From: Desulfurococcaceae archaeon
Lineage (GTDB): Archaea > Thermoproteota > Thermoprotei_A > Sulfolobales > Desulfurococcaceae
Assembly (NCBI GenBank): GCA_038888155.1
Contig: JAWAJB010000002.1
Span: 224,001 to 288,000, forward strand
Length of the DNA: 64,000 nt
Reading direction: 5' to 3'
The translations under genes and the position numbers were made by a program. Shown here one piece after another: positions 40,196-50,812 of this stretch (positions within the stretch are counted from its first letter, which is position 1; each line of letters starts with the position of its first letter). The notes below the pieces were generated by a model that was not told where the DNA came from, ran no database searches, and saw nothing but the letters and a program-made list of their open reading frames with translations.

Positions 40196-40593
40196 TCAGA
40201 TCACTTTTTAACGCCGCAATATCAGTCCTGTCACAAGCATCGGGTGATTGGTAATACAATTGATGGATTAATATTTATATTCATTGAGTTAACAAGAAAA
40301 ATAATACGGTAAAACACAGTGTTCTGCCTCTTGCAGAGCTATAACTCTAGGGTATCCTCTTAACCTACACTTAGAGATGTAACAACCATTGAGCCGTTTC
40401 GTGCTTTATTTTACGTTCGAAAATTTTTGATAACAATCATTGATATGAAAACCCGTATCATTGAATAAAAGGAGCCCATAGGTACTATTTTATTGGCTAG
40501 TCGCTTTTTAGTGGCTGGAATAAAATGGACAGAATAGAAGTCAGTATAAATTAAAGCCTCATTTTTTTAGCATGGTTGTTAGAGCAAATGACT

Positions 40594-40893
40594 CTAATCT
40601 TCAACAGACTCTAAAGTTACGATTTTTCCCTTGCTCCCAATGCTTAGCTCAAGGCGTCCTCGATATTCTTGAGCAAATGCATTCTCTATTCTAATAACAC
40701 TGCCTGGCTTAACTAAGTCTATTTGATTGCGCCAAAGCGTCAAGGTTATAGTCCCTGTATCATCAGCTACTTCTGCTCTTGCAACCTTTGCTTCTCCGTA
40801 TTTGGTCATAACTTCTCGTGGCCTATCAACTTTTATTACCCTAACAGTAATGGTTATATTCTCTAAACCAGGCTTAATATCCTTTATTTTCAT
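40594..40893 (-). CDS. Single OB-fold ssDNA-binding protein (crenarchaeal SSB-like)
   Basis: KIKDIKPG.ENI.ITVRV, ADDTGTI.LTLW, IENAF...Y.G.LEL; GGTGA RBS. Confidence 0.85.
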   Translation of the reverse strand: MKIKDIKPGLENITITVRVIKVDRPREVMTKYGEAKVARAEVADDTGTITLTLWRNQIDLVKPGSVIRIENAFAQEYRGRLELSIGSKGKIVTLESVED

Positions 40894-41052
40894 TTGGCTT
40901 CACCTTAACTCAAATTACTCAACTCACTGTTTTTAAGCGTTGATATAATTTAAATTAAAGGTCTGTTGGAGGTACAGACTGTTCTATAATGCAGCGAATA
41001 TTGCGAATTTCTAATCAGGTCTATAATTAAGAGGATGCGTGAACAATAAAAA

Positions 41053-41301
41053 TTACTTAGAACCACCTTGAAGCACTTTAAGCACATAAATTGATTTATG
41101 TTCACATATATTTTCTTTGGGATCTAGCGTCGAGCCTTTCTCATCAATGTAAACCAAGAACTCAGGATCTATCGGTAGGTTATTTTTCCTCACAAGTTCT
41201 ATTATTACTTCCTTGATAGATCGACATGTATTTTGATCGAAGCAAATTTTTTCTCCAAAAAAATTAATTAAGTTTCCAAGAAAATGAATACAAGTGATCA
41301 T
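41053..41301 (-). CDS. MoaD/ThiS/SAMP-like ubiquitin-fold sulfur carrier
   Basis: 82 aa ending VLQGG-SK; ATGA overlap with the upstream tungstoenzyme gene. Confidence 0.7.
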   Translation of the reverse strand: MITCIHFLGNLINFFGEKICFDQNTCRSIKEVIIELVRKNNLPIDPEFLVYIDEKGSTLDPKENICEHKSIYVLKVLQGGSK

Positions 41302-43175
41302 CGAGCCGATAGCCTCCTCTTGATCCTATCAACAGGTTCTCTCAGTTCGTTCAACCCCAGTCTTTCGAGCGTGTTATTAGTAGGCAACCCCATTTCATCC
41401 CAACCCATATCTCTGTAGTACTTTTGTTTTAGCTCACTTACTTCTCTGGTATCAGCTTTAGCCCCAGCAAATGGTCCGGCTGGAAGAGGATCGTAGAATC
41501 TGGGTGGATTGTCGTCATGAACTCGTGGATCCCAGAAGACATCTGGTCCGCCGAGCAACAAGAGAACTCTCTGTAATGTTAGTATTCTCGGCCCTAAATC
41601 ATCATAAAGCTCTTCCTTAGTTAAATTCCAACCTGTTACAGCATTCCAAATGCCTATGACTAATTCTTCGGGTATTCCAATGGTGTTGAACATGCATATA
41701 ACCGCGCTATCTAGAAAAGCTTTCCACGACTCCGAAGCCTGCGACTTCACCGGTAGTCCGCTAACGGATGTGTGATCTCCTCCTTGAACTCCTGTAGCAT
41801 AAGCTATTGGTTGTGGATAGTCTGCCCTGCTCCTTATGCCATGGGCACCTATACCAATACCTTTGACTTGAACTGCATAACGGAGGATTTCCTCTGGTTT
41901 AATTCCCTTCATTTCAGCAATCTTTAGAGCCGCTCTGTATGTGCCTTCTGCTAAAATCTTCCCAATGCCCCTCCTATAGGATATATCTTTTAATAACTGC
42001 AGGGCTGCCTTAAAATCGCCCCAATTAAGCTCGTACCCTATATCTTCCTTCTTTAATATTCCTCTTTGATAAAGCTCAAAGGCCAAACCCATTACATTAC
42101 CAACTTGAATACCGCACTGACCAAGAAGATCTGCCATGGCAGAGAGAGCTGTGAACTCCTTTGGGCTAAATATTCCCAAGTTTGAACCAAGATAGGCACC
42201 CATTTCGTAGTCCGGACCATCAGTTACATAGTTATCTCCTTCGACGTTTACTAAACTGATCTTCATGCATGAGAGCGGGCATCCCCAGTCAGACCAATAT
42301 CTTTTAACCCATATTCGAGTCTCTAGTTCGTGGTGGCTAAACTCTATATTGCTGTGCCACTCCTCTTGCCAGTTCTTAATTGGCTCCGAGCTCTTTCTAT
42401 TTCCTGCAAAATAGTATTCGGAGGGAGTTCCCCATAACTTGAATGAATGTACTCTATTTGCTAGGATGTCGCTTACCTGAGTTCTTATTCTAAGGAACTC
42501 GTTAAAATTGGCTATAGGCGGTAAGGGACCTCTGCCTTTAACGACTATAGCTTTGAGCTTTTTGGATCCCATGACAGCTCCATATCCGCCGTAACCAGCT
42601 CCATGAGTCCACCTAGCATTGACAGCTGCAGTTCTAGCTAGGTTTTCGCCGGCCGGGCCTATATACAATGTTGCTGGCCACGGATTTGCGCCTTCGCGAG
42701 AGTAGTCTACTTTCAATTCTTCTCTTAGCGATTTCAATAGCTCTACGCTTGTTTTACCCCATAGCTTAGATGCGTCCCTTAGCTCTACTTTGTCATCATC
42801 TATGTACAGGTATACGGGATCTTTGGATATCCCGCGTATGAGAATGCCATCGTATCCAGCGGACTTAAGCTCGGCAGCTAACTCTGAAGAGACAGTAGAG
42901 CCCACTACGCCATTGCTCTGGGGGCTCTTACCCGAGACGGTTAGCTTTATTCCAGGGTAATATCCAGTTAATGGTCCAGTTAATACTAGCAATAAGTTCT
43001 CACAACCCAAGGGGTCTACAGACTCCCATTTAGCGCCGAGCTCTCTCCAAAGTAACCACGTAGCAAGGCCTCTTCCGCCGAGAAACTTCCTTACAACAAT
43101 CTGAGGTAAATTAGCAACTCTGAAGCTATTGCGTTCTAGATCTACATCTAAGAGCTTACCCCAAAATCCATACAC
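41298..43175 (-). CDS. wor5: Tungsten-containing oxidoreductase of the AOR family, WOR5-type large subunit
   Basis: GGRGL, KSP.SNG, GYGGYGAVMGSK, W.DWGCP.SCMK, AHGIRS, GGDH, DSAVICMF and LLLLGGPDVFWDP; closely resembles Pyrococcus WOR5 as recalled. Confidence 0.85.
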   Translation of the reverse strand: MYGFWGKLLDVDLERNSFRVANLPQIVVRKFLGGRGLATWLLWRELGAKWESVDPLGCENLLLVLTGPLTGYYPGIKLTVSGKSPQSNGVVGSTVSSELAAELKSAGYDGILIRGISKDPVYLYIDDDKVELRDASKLWGKTSVELLKSLREELKVDYSREGANPWPATLYIGPAGENLARTAAVNARWTHGAGYGGYGAVMGSKKLKAIVVKGRGPLPPIANFNEFLRIRTQVSDILANRVHSFKLWGTPSEYYFAGNRKSSEPIKNWQEEWHSNIEFSHHELETRIWVKRYWSDWGCPLSCMKISLVNVEGDNYVTDGPDYEMGAYLGSNLGIFSPKEFTALSAMADLLGQCGIQVGNVMGLAFELYQRGILKKEDIGYELNWGDFKAALQLLKDISYRRGIGKILAEGTYRAALKIAEMKGIKPEEILRYAVQVKGIGIGAHGIRSRADYPQPIAYATGVQGGDHTSVSGLPVKSQASESWKAFLDSAVICMFNTIGIPEELVIGIWNAVTGWNLTKEELYDDLGPRILTLQRVLLLLGGPDVFWDPRVHDDNPPRFYDPLPAGPFAGAKADTREVSELKQKYYRDMGWDEMGLPTNNTLERLGLNELREPVDRIKRRLSAR

Positions 43176-43176
43176 A

Positions 43177-43695
43177 TCACATCACCTCTTTAAGAAATCC
43201 CCTGTATATTTTCTCGCCAACCCTTGAAGCTATTTTTTCCGGCAAATCTAGGTATGGATCAAGGTATCCCTTTTCTGGTCTTGGAATAACCTTAATGCTG
43301 TTGAAACCGCTAGACTCACAGGCTTTAACGCACTCGGGGTTGCCATCGCATAAATCACATATAAGAACGTGGTTCTTATTTTTAACTACCCTTGGAACAT
43401 GTATTGGGCAAGCCTCAATGCACTTTCTACACAGAGTACATTTTCCTTTATCGACTTTGACTGCCCCAGTAGATTGGTCAACGTATAGAGCGCCTGTTGG
43501 GCATGCCTTCACGCAGTGGTATTCGTAGCACTGTCTACATAAGTGCGGTACTATTATGCCAGGAGCATACTCGAACACCCTTATTCTAGATGCCTCTGTC
43601 CATATAGCGCCTTCATGCTTCAGGGAACAGGCTATTTCGCATAGCCTGCAACCGCTACACTTATCATAATCCACAAATATCCAGATCTGGCTCAT
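43177..43695 (-). CDS. Four-[4Fe-4S] polyferredoxin subunit (WOR5 small subunit-like)
   Basis: CSGCRLCEIAC, CRQC...CVKACP, CTLCRKCIEACP and CDLC....ECVKAC. Confidence 0.9.
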   Translation of the reverse strand: MSQIWIFVDYDKCSGCRLCEIACSLKHEGAIWTEASRIRVFEYAPGIIVPHLCRQCYEYHCVKACPTGALYVDQSTGAVKVDKGKCTLCRKCIEACPIHVPRVVKNKNHVLICDLCDGNPECVKACESSGFNSIKVIPRPEKGYLDPYLDLPEKIASRVGEKIYRGFLKEVM

Positions 43696-43808
43696 GCATA
43701 CACCATTTATATTTAATATCGCGATATATTTTTATTTTTTGAATTGTACTAAAAAAAGAAAATTGAGCCAATTAAGTTTTCCAACATTTAGGTACTCGGT
43801 GTAAGAAT

Positions 43809-44153
43809 ATGCAAAGGGAGGATTTACTAATTAAGCTGCACGGAGATTTTGGTGGAATAACCATTGGTTTGTTCATAGGTTCGCTTATTACATTTAATGT
43901 TGTCATTGCTTATGTTGCTTTAATAGCATTTATATTGTGCATTTGTTTGGGAATTAGCATAAAGGGGCTTGGCAAAGAGGGAAAAAGGACCTTAAGAAAG
44001 TGTTTACCCCCTACCATTACTCCTTTTCTTCTTTGGTTATTCTATATATACTCAATTCAGAGCCTATCTAATGCTACATTAAGCTATGCAATTGGGGTTA
44101 GCTCCGCGGCCCTTTTCTCTCTATACCAGTTGAAAAGCAATTTGCGTACTTAA
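43809..44153 (+). CDS. Small membrane protein
   Basis: Four hydrophobic segments in 114 aa. Confidence 0.6.
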   Translation: MQREDLLIKLHGDFGGITIGLFIGSLITFNVVIAYVALIAFILCICLGISIKGLGKEGKRTLRKCLPPTITPFLLWLFYIYSIQSLSNATLSYAIGVSSAALFSLYQLKSNLRT

Positions 44154-44803
44154 TTATAATATAAATAAGATGTCTTCTCTATATACAGCGGATATCTTTT
44201 TTAGAGCTTAACTTGAAGCACATAGTCTTAGTGCGTTAAAAATGGTTCAATGAGATTGGCATCGAACCAATCAATTTCCCAATGGTCCATTTTTGCTATT
44301 TGTAGCCTTTATCGAGAACCGATCTTTAAATTGATTCGACTTTCTAATCTACCTACCAACCTGTACATTACTTTGATAGCCTTCTACAAGGCTCTAGGTC
44401 TTTAATTCAAAGACATATTACTATATTCACCGAACTTAGAGCTTGAGCCCTCGCTAATTGACCCAGAAAAGCTATTGCGTGTTCCACTATGTCATTATGC
44501 ACAACCAAAATTAACACAAGCATATAGGGGTGATGTACACTGTACCCCAAGTCGAATGTGTTATCTATTATATTATAAATAAATATAAGCTTTTCCGAAG
44601 CCGGTTCTCGGGTATTTAGAGCTTGAATAGCATTTGATCTGTAGGTAAGATGTCGTGGATACTAGATACTAAAGGATACGGTGAGGAAGCAAGAGCCCTA
44701 TAATTAGAGTCTGTCCCGATTGATTTTTAAATGATATTCGATAAGCTTAAGCAGATATTAAACCTCTCAACCCTAAGATATTCATCATCAAAGGTGCATC
44801 ATA

Positions 44804-45553
44804 ATGTTAAGAGTAGGTTTATTTTTTGATTACGATGGCGTACTAGCACCAATAACGCGAGATCCCCTTGGAAACAGTGTCTCCCCTAACATGCGTAGAG
44901 CAATTGAAGCATTAAGTAAACACTATGCAATATCAATAGTAAGCGGGAGAGATTGCCCCTACCTCCACGAAAGAGTCCCAGGCCTACTAGGTTACGCTTG
45001 TGTATTTGGCTTGGAGATACATGGAGGTGGTTACATTGTACTTGATAGAGAGGTGTACTTTGGATCAAAATCTACTCATATTAGTAATATTTACGCCAAC
45101 CTAGGGAATATTCTCAAGGGAAAATTTGGAGCAATCTATGGGAGAACTCTTGGCGGTACACCGCTGGGGTTAAGTGTATACTGGCTATTAGAAGAGGGGA
45201 GACCAAAGGGCGTTGATGTTCTGCTAGAGGAGGCCAAGAGAGCAGGACTATATGTATCAAACATTAGTAAGTGGGGGAACTTCGCAGAATATGTTGATAT
45301 ACACTTGACTAGGAGAACTAAACAAGAATCAGTAAGAATCCTCAAGACTTTGATCAATATAGATCGGGTGATCTATTTTGGAGATGCAGAGAGCGATTTC
45401 CCAGCCTTTAACGAGGCAGATGTTTCAGTTTTCATTAAGCATCAATATAATACTGTTCCTAATGAAATAAATGTGGATTACGTGGTAGATTACAACGACC
45501 TTCCATTGTGGATATTGCGCAACATAAATAAAATCTCCAGCTCGATGAAATGA
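44804..45553 (+). CDS. HAD IIB hydrolase, trehalose-6-phosphate phosphatase-like
   Basis: FFDYDGVLAPI, SGR, K and FGD.ESD HAD motifs. Confidence 0.82.
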   Translation: MLRVGLFFDYDGVLAPITRDPLGNSVSPNMRRAIEALSKHYAISIVSGRDCPYLHERVPGLLGYACVFGLEIHGGGYIVLDREVYFGSKSTHISNIYANLGNILKGKFGAIYGRTLGGTPLGLSVYWLLEEGRPKGVDVLLEEAKRAGLYVSNISKWGNFAEYVDIHLTRRTKQESVRILKTLINIDRVIYFGDAESDFPAFNEADVSVFIKHQYNTVPNEINVDYVVDYNDLPLWILRNINKISSSMK

Positions 45554-45826
45554 GTAGTTCGATTAAATATAATTAAGACGTGATCTTTTTATTCATTAAT
45601 TTAACGTGGCGAGAGATAAACTTTGGTTCATAATCTTTTAACCCAGTATACACATATTACGTAAACCTACTCACATAATTGTCAAGAAAGCATTACATGC
45701 CAAATTCAAATTAAAGGAATATAAGAAAACTGTTTTAGGTGGATACTACTTGGTTATGATGCATTTTAGGCATTTCGCGTTTTGTACGTAAATGACTTTA
45801 ACAAGAGATCTAACGTATTTGACCTT

Positions 45827-46192
45827 TTAAGTTGCGTTATACTTTCTACGACACTCGCCCAGAACCATGCTGTAGAAGTCGGAGAGTTTCTTCATTTCTT
45901 TTAATAAGCCAAGTAAGATGTCTGCCTCGAGGTTATCCCAGTCCTTATGGCTTAAAGACGTTACAAACCACTCGGCAGAGATCTCCCCATCATCAGCGGG
46001 GCCTTTGTCAATAAATATAAGATTTCCGTTGGTCACTAGATAAGTTGCTTTCAGCGAGTTGAGGCCCGCGTCGTAGCCCTCAATTGCTTGTTCAATGCGA
46101 TCAACTACCTCCAATGTCTCTAAGTATTTTCCATAAAATGCACCACAAATTTCATTTCTCGTAAAAGCGTAAGTTTCTGTATCTTGTTCCAT
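45827..46192 (-). CDS. Hypothetical protein
   Basis: About 121 aa, acidic; GAGGGGG RBS before ATG 46192. Confidence 0.55.
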   Translation of the reverse strand: MEQDTETYAFTRNEICGAFYGKYLETLEVVDRIEQAIEGYDAGLNSLKATYLVTNGNLIFIDKGPADDGEISAEWFVTSLSHKDWDNLEADILLGLLKEMKKLSDFYSMVLGECRRKYNAT

Positions 46193-46621
46193 CAACAACC
46201 CCCTCGGTTTCTCATTCCATTTGGTAAGTATTTTAAGAAGGGGGTCACTAAGATACTTTAATAAAAATTATACTGAGAATCAGCAATCAAAAGAACTTGT
46301 AACAATTCTCAGTGCTCATTTTGTTAGTTACGGTAGGTACTATGTAGGATTTTATGACCTGCGTTTGAATTATATATGATGTGTATTAACTCTGAGGATC
46401 GCTTTTGAAGAAGTTTTATTGCAATAACTCAAACACCTATTTCATTTCGGGGGCCGCCTTATACCCACCTTGTTTTTACAATATACACGATATTATAGGC
46501 TAATCATTAATTCAATTTCTAATAATTTTTCCAGAATTAAACACTTTTAAGACAACCTCACTAATGGAGCTTTAATTTATAATCCCTACCCTTTAATTAA
46601 TAAGTAATGGTGCGACATTAA

Positions 46622-46894
46622 GTGTCGTTGCTGACAAAGCTTGCACTGGAAATTTTACTTGGAGTTTACATCCTTTCTGCAATTTTATTTATGGTTAGAA
46701 TCATTAAGGGCCCAACATTATTCGATAGAATAGTAGTTGTGGACTCCCTATCCTATGATCTCGCGGTGTTTATGGCGTTAATATCTGCTTATACCAGTAG
46801 GTCTCTTCTTGCTTTGTGTATAATCCCCATAGCTTTGTGGGCATATACTCTAGATACCTACATATCGTGGTACGTAGAACAATCTGGGAGCTGA
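46622..46894 (+). CDS. mnhF: Mrp/Mnh antiporter subunit F (MbhB-like)
   Basis: RIIKGPTLFDRIVVVD signature. Confidence 0.88.
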   Translation: MSLLTKLALEILLGVYILSAILFMVRIIKGPTLFDRIVVVDSLSYDLAVFMALISAYTSRSLLALCIIPIALWAYTLDTYISWYVEQSGS

Positions 46895-46897
46895 AAC

Positions 46898-47251
46898 ATG
46901 GTGTACGAGCTTTTCTTGACTATATTAAACTACTTCGGTATCGCTTTACTTATTGGGGGTGGAATCTTTGAGCTTATTGGTGCCCTCGGAGTCCTCAGAA
47001 TGCCCGACTTTTTCACTAGGGCCCACGCCGTTACGATAACTGTTGTGGGGGGAACGGTTCTCCCGCTTATAGGAATATCTATTATCTCACTCGTAGAGTT
47101 CGGACCCGAAGGAATATATTTAGCTTCTATATGCATAGTATCAGCCATTATAATGCTTATAACGGCCCCTACAGGCTCTCATATGTTAGTTAGAGCTGCA
47201 CTTAGGGCTAAAGTAAAATCCAGAGTTTCAGAGAGGGACAGAGCAAGTTGA
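46898..47251 (+). CDS. mnhG: Mrp/Mnh antiporter subunit G (MbhC-like)
   Basis: GVLRMPDFFTRAHA and TAPTGSH. Confidence 0.9.
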   Translation: MVYELFLTILNYFGIALLIGGGIFELIGALGVLRMPDFFTRAHAVTITVVGGTVLPLIGISIISLVEFGPEGIYLASICIVSAIIMLITAPTGSHMLVRAALRAKVKSRVSERDRAS

Positions 47252-47499
47252 TCATAGTTTTTATAACCGTATTAGTGGCATCGCTGCTTTCCGTATTTTC
47301 TGCCTACTTGGTGATAGCAGAAAAAGATCTTCTCAACTCGTGCATATATCTGGCGCTTTTCGGTGTTTTCTATGCCCTTATATACTTCGTTCTTCTTGCT
47401 CCAGATATAGTACTTGCTTATATACCGATATCCTCAACAATAGTTCCAGTAGTTCTAATAGTTGTAATTAAAGGCATGAAACAAAGGTACGAGGCATGA
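47248..47499 (+). CDS. Mrp subunit, MbhD/DUF4040-like
   Basis: KDLL.S and LLAPDIVLA; three TM segments. Confidence 0.82.
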   Translation: MIIVFITVLVASLLSVFSAYLVIAEKDLLNSCIYLALFGVFYALIYFVLLAPDIVLAYIPISSTIVPVVLIVVIKGMKQRYEA

Positions 47500-47502
47500 A
47501 AC

Positions 47503-48285
47503 ATGAAGCCAATTCATACTGAAAGAAGGAGAAACATTATTGTAGCAAGTTCATTGGGCGTGCTCACGTTGGCATTAAGCTTAGCTCTTTATGTCGGTGG
47601 AATCGGGATGGGCTTTCCTACGAGAATTCGCGCCCTCGCTGAAACCATACTTTACAATACGTACAACCCCTGGAATGTCACGCTAACCAGCTATTCTCTT
47701 AATGCGGTATCAGCAATTATATGGGATTATAGGGGAATAGATACAATATTTGAAACTACCGTTCTATTAGCATCCATTACTGCAGTAACTGTTATATTAA
47801 AAGAAAAGGGTCCCTCCAATTCAGGTTCCAGTATAACTCTAATATCTAAGTTTACAACTAGGCTGGTTTTACTTATCACTCTGCTAATTTCGATCTCCAC
47901 TGCCGTGAATGGGCATCTTACGCCTGGCGGAGGGTTTCAAGCTGGTGCTATGATAACAACGGGCATAATTCTTTCATTGGCGGTTTTTTTCAGCAGTTTT
48001 TCCCGATACTCATACTTCTCTAGGAAGGAAAATTTACTACTATTACGCTATCTAGTATTAACCGCTATATCTGTCGTCGCGTTGCTTCCAGTGTTGGTAG
48101 ATGCTAAAGCATATGTAATGCAGAACCAATCTAAGCCAACTGCTCCTTTTTCAATGCCAACGTGGTTTATCGATACTCCACTAGCTGGCTCAATATTGGT
48201 TTTTAATGTGTTAGAGGCAATCGCTGTTGCATTTGCACTATCATACACAATAATCATTCTACTTGAATCATGTACTAACAACTGA
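47503..48285 (+). CDS. mnhB: Mrp subunit B (MbhE+MbhF-like fusion)
   Basis: NAVSAIIWDYRGIDTIFE and GHLTPGGGFQAG. Confidence 0.9.
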   Translation: MKPIHTERRRNIIVASSLGVLTLALSLALYVGGIGMGFPTRIRALAETILYNTYNPWNVTLTSYSLNAVSAIIWDYRGIDTIFETTVLLASITAVTVILKEKGPSNSGSSITLISKFTTRLVLLITLLISISTAVNGHLTPGGGFQAGAMITTGIILSLAVFFSSFSRYSYFSRKENLLLLRYLVLTAISVVALLPVLVDAKAYVMQNQSKPTAPFSMPTWFIDTPLAGSILVFNVLEAIAVAFALSYTIIILLESCTNN

Positions 48286-48297
48286 GGGGTAATTAGT

Positions 48298-48708
48298 GTG
48301 GAGAACTTATTAGCGCTATCATATGCAATAATGCTGGCGGCGTTTATAATCAACGTAGGAATTGCGCTTTACGGCGTTTTTATAAAACCTTCGGTACTAA
48401 AGAAAATCATGGCCATTATAATTTTTTCTGATTCCATCAATATCCTAGCTATAGCCCTAGGTTTCAGAGTGACTCTAAATGCATATCCGTCTCCGCCTAT
48501 ACTAACAAAAATTCCCGAGAGCCCCGATGAGATCTCGAAGTTTGTTAGCGTTAGCGTTGATCCTCTACCCCAGGCATTTGTAATCACGGCTGTTGTCATA
48601 GGACTCTCGATTGTAATGTTGTTGTTAAGTTTAGCTATTAGATATTATGAACAATACAAATCCATATATTTGATAACAGAGCCTGAGAAAGATGAGGAAA
48701 TTATATAG
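48298..48708 (+). CDS. mnhC: Mrp subunit C (MbhG-like)
   Basis: KKIMA and DPLPQAFVITAVVIG. Confidence 0.9.
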   Translation: MENLLALSYAIMLAAFIINVGIALYGVFIKPSVLKKIMAIIIFSDSINILAIALGFRVTLNAYPSPPILTKIPESPDEISKFVSVSVDPLPQAFVITAVVIGLSIVMLLLSLAIRYYEQYKSIYLITEPEKDEEII

Positions 48709-49195
48709 CACGATAACAACGCTTACCCTGCTTCTACTCGTATACATTATCTACACGGGAAGAGTGGGCGCTCTAACCCTTGTTTCTGCACTAGCAGTTT
48801 CAAGTTTGATAACGCTTTATATTAATAAACATTTACAGTTTAAGGGACTCCCTTCAATCAACTTGAGAATTCTAATTGACAGCACAAAGTTTCTCTACTT
48901 ATTTATAATTACAGAGTTTAAAGAACATATTGAGCTATCAAAGATAATATTAAGTCGGGAAATCAAGTTGAACCCAGGTTTAATAGACATACCTATAGAG
49001 TTGTCCTCTGAAACGGGCTCTTCATTGGTAGCATTAACTATAACCAATACACCTGGAACGATTGCCGTAGATGTTGATCTAGAGAGAAAAATGATGACTG
49101 TCCATTGGATAAACATAAAGACAACCGATGTGTTGAAAGCTAAGCAAATAATACTTGGTGAATTTGAGCTGCTGGCTAGAGCAATGTTTGGGTAG
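48692..49195 (+). CDS. mnhE: Mrp subunit E (MbhA-like)
   Basis: NPGLI.IP, ITNTPGT..VDV and VHWIN. Confidence 0.88.
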   Translation: MRKLYSTITTLTLLLLVYIIYTGRVGALTLVSALAVSSLITLYINKHLQFKGLPSINLRILIDSTKFLYLFIITEFKEHIELSKIILSREIKLNPGLIDIPIELSSETGSSLVALTITNTPGTIAVDVDLERKMMTVHWINIKTTDVLKAKQIILGEFELLARAMFG

Positions 49196-49200
49196 AAAAT

Positions 49201-50754
49201 ATGCACTTGCTCGAGCTTGGATTAATGCCATTAATAGCGTTGATAGCATCCCTTACAATACCCCTACTCTATAAAATTACGAAGAAACGGAGTTTAACAG
49301 ACTATGTGGCCATCGCATTTTCAACCATCATATTTATGTTTGCAATCAAAATACACTACACAGTTAGCCGCGAAGGGGTTGTAATATACAAGTTCGGCGG
49401 ATTCCCTCCTCCGCTAGGAGTTTTTTATGTGGTTGACGGAGTTAGCTCAATTTTAGCCCTTGTTGCATGCTTCACACTTTTCATCGCAATACCTTACTCA
49501 ACCTGGATTTATAGGAGAGACGATAAGCACGTCCTGTACTCTTTACTGTTTATACTTACTATGGGAGTTACGGGATGTCTTTACACAGGAGATCTATTTA
49601 ATTTTTATGTTTCAATAGAACTGGTTGCCGTTACATGCTACGCTTTAACCGCATTATACAGCGATCATAAGAGGGCAGTGAGAGCGGCTTTTATTTACGG
49701 CGTTTTTGGCACAGTGATGACCTCTACTTATTTCCTCTCTGTTATGATGATTTACGGATCCTACGGAACTCTAAATGTAGTTGATATCATGGTTAAGGTC
49801 AACAATCCTGGTGCTATCACACCATTCTCGGGAGAAATCTACGCAGATCCAATGATTACTTCGAAGATAGCTATTGTCCTTATAACCTGGGTTTTGATCT
49901 TTAAATCTGGAATTATACCTAATCACTTCTGGCTTCCCGAAGTTTACAGGTCTGCTACGTTGCCAGCTGTATTATTCTTCACTGCATCTGCAGATCTCCT
50001 AGGTATTTATGGCTTAACTAGGCTTTACTTTACGGTGTTCACAGGCGACAGCATTATTGCTGAGTTTAGATCGCTTATGATCTCAATCTTAGTTATCATA
50101 AGTAGCTTTTCCGCAATCGTGGCATCAACAATAGTAATGCGTCAGAAGACAATCCGCGGGCTTGTGGCATACAGTTCTATTGTGCAATTCAGTTTAGCAC
50201 TTCTTGGTATAACGAGCGAAACAGTTGAGGGCATCTCGGGGGGCATTCTTCATTTAGTAGTCAATGCTCTTGGTGATACTCTAGTTTTAATTAGCGCAGG
50301 GTCTATTATACACAGCCCAACAATATTAAGAGAGAAGACAGGACAGATGTTGGTCTACATATGCACGATCGTAGGCCTCTTGAACTTATTCGGTGTTATC
50401 CCAATACTTCCAGGCTTTTGGAGCAAGGCATTTCTAACTTTAGGTTTCGTGAAGGCAGACATGACATTTGGAGCGGCAACGGTGCTTATATCTTCAGGTC
50501 TCTGTGCAATAGGCTACTTTAAAATCATAATTGCATTAGTAAGCATGAAACCGTTGGAAGAGTCTGAGAATGTAACAAGGGAGGCTAAAAACGCAATACC
50601 TAAGGTATTGATGACAATCGTATTAGCTCTTGTAATTGCTTTCGGTTTATCAATTTTAATGATTGGCCAAGTGCGGAGCTATTTACTTGGGATCGGCACC
50701 CGTGCGCTTGACAGAAGTAGGCTTATAAACTTTCTATACTCTAATACTAATTGA
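49201..50754 (+). CDS. mnhD: Mrp subunit D / MbhH-like proton-conducting subunit
   Basis: GDLFNFYVSIE, KSG..P.HFWLP, AYSSI.Q and PGFWSK. Confidence 0.88.
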   Translation: MHLLELGLMPLIALIASLTIPLLYKITKKRSLTDYVAIAFSTIIFMFAIKIHYTVSREGVVIYKFGGFPPPLGVFYVVDGVSSILALVACFTLFIAIPYSTWIYRRDDKHVLYSLLFILTMGVTGCLYTGDLFNFYVSIELVAVTCYALTALYSDHKRAVRAAFIYGVFGTVMTSTYFLSVMMIYGSYGTLNVVDIMVKVNNPGAITPFSGEIYADPMITSKIAIVLITWVLIFKSGIIPNHFWLPEVYRSATLPAVLFFTASADLLGIYGLTRLYFTVFTGDSIIAEFRSLMISILVIISSFSAIVASTIVMRQKTIRGLVAYSSIVQFSLALLGITSETVEGISGGILHLVVNALGDTLVLISAGSIIHSPTILREKTGQMLVYICTIVGLLNLFGVIPILPGFWSKAFLTLGFVKADMTFGAATVLISSGLCAIGYFKIIIALVSMKPLEESENVTREAKNAIPKVLMTIVLALVIAFGLSILMIGQVRSYLLGIGTRALDRSRLINFLYSNTN

Positions 50755-50812
50755 AACTATTAAGTAGCGCTAGGCTTCATGATGAACAGTAGTCCAGGAG
50801 AGGTACAAAAAA

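Noticed and set aside
44201-44626. TTAGAGCTT(A/G)A occurring three times in an intergenic gap
   Set aside because: Short, irregularly spaced and without further structure.
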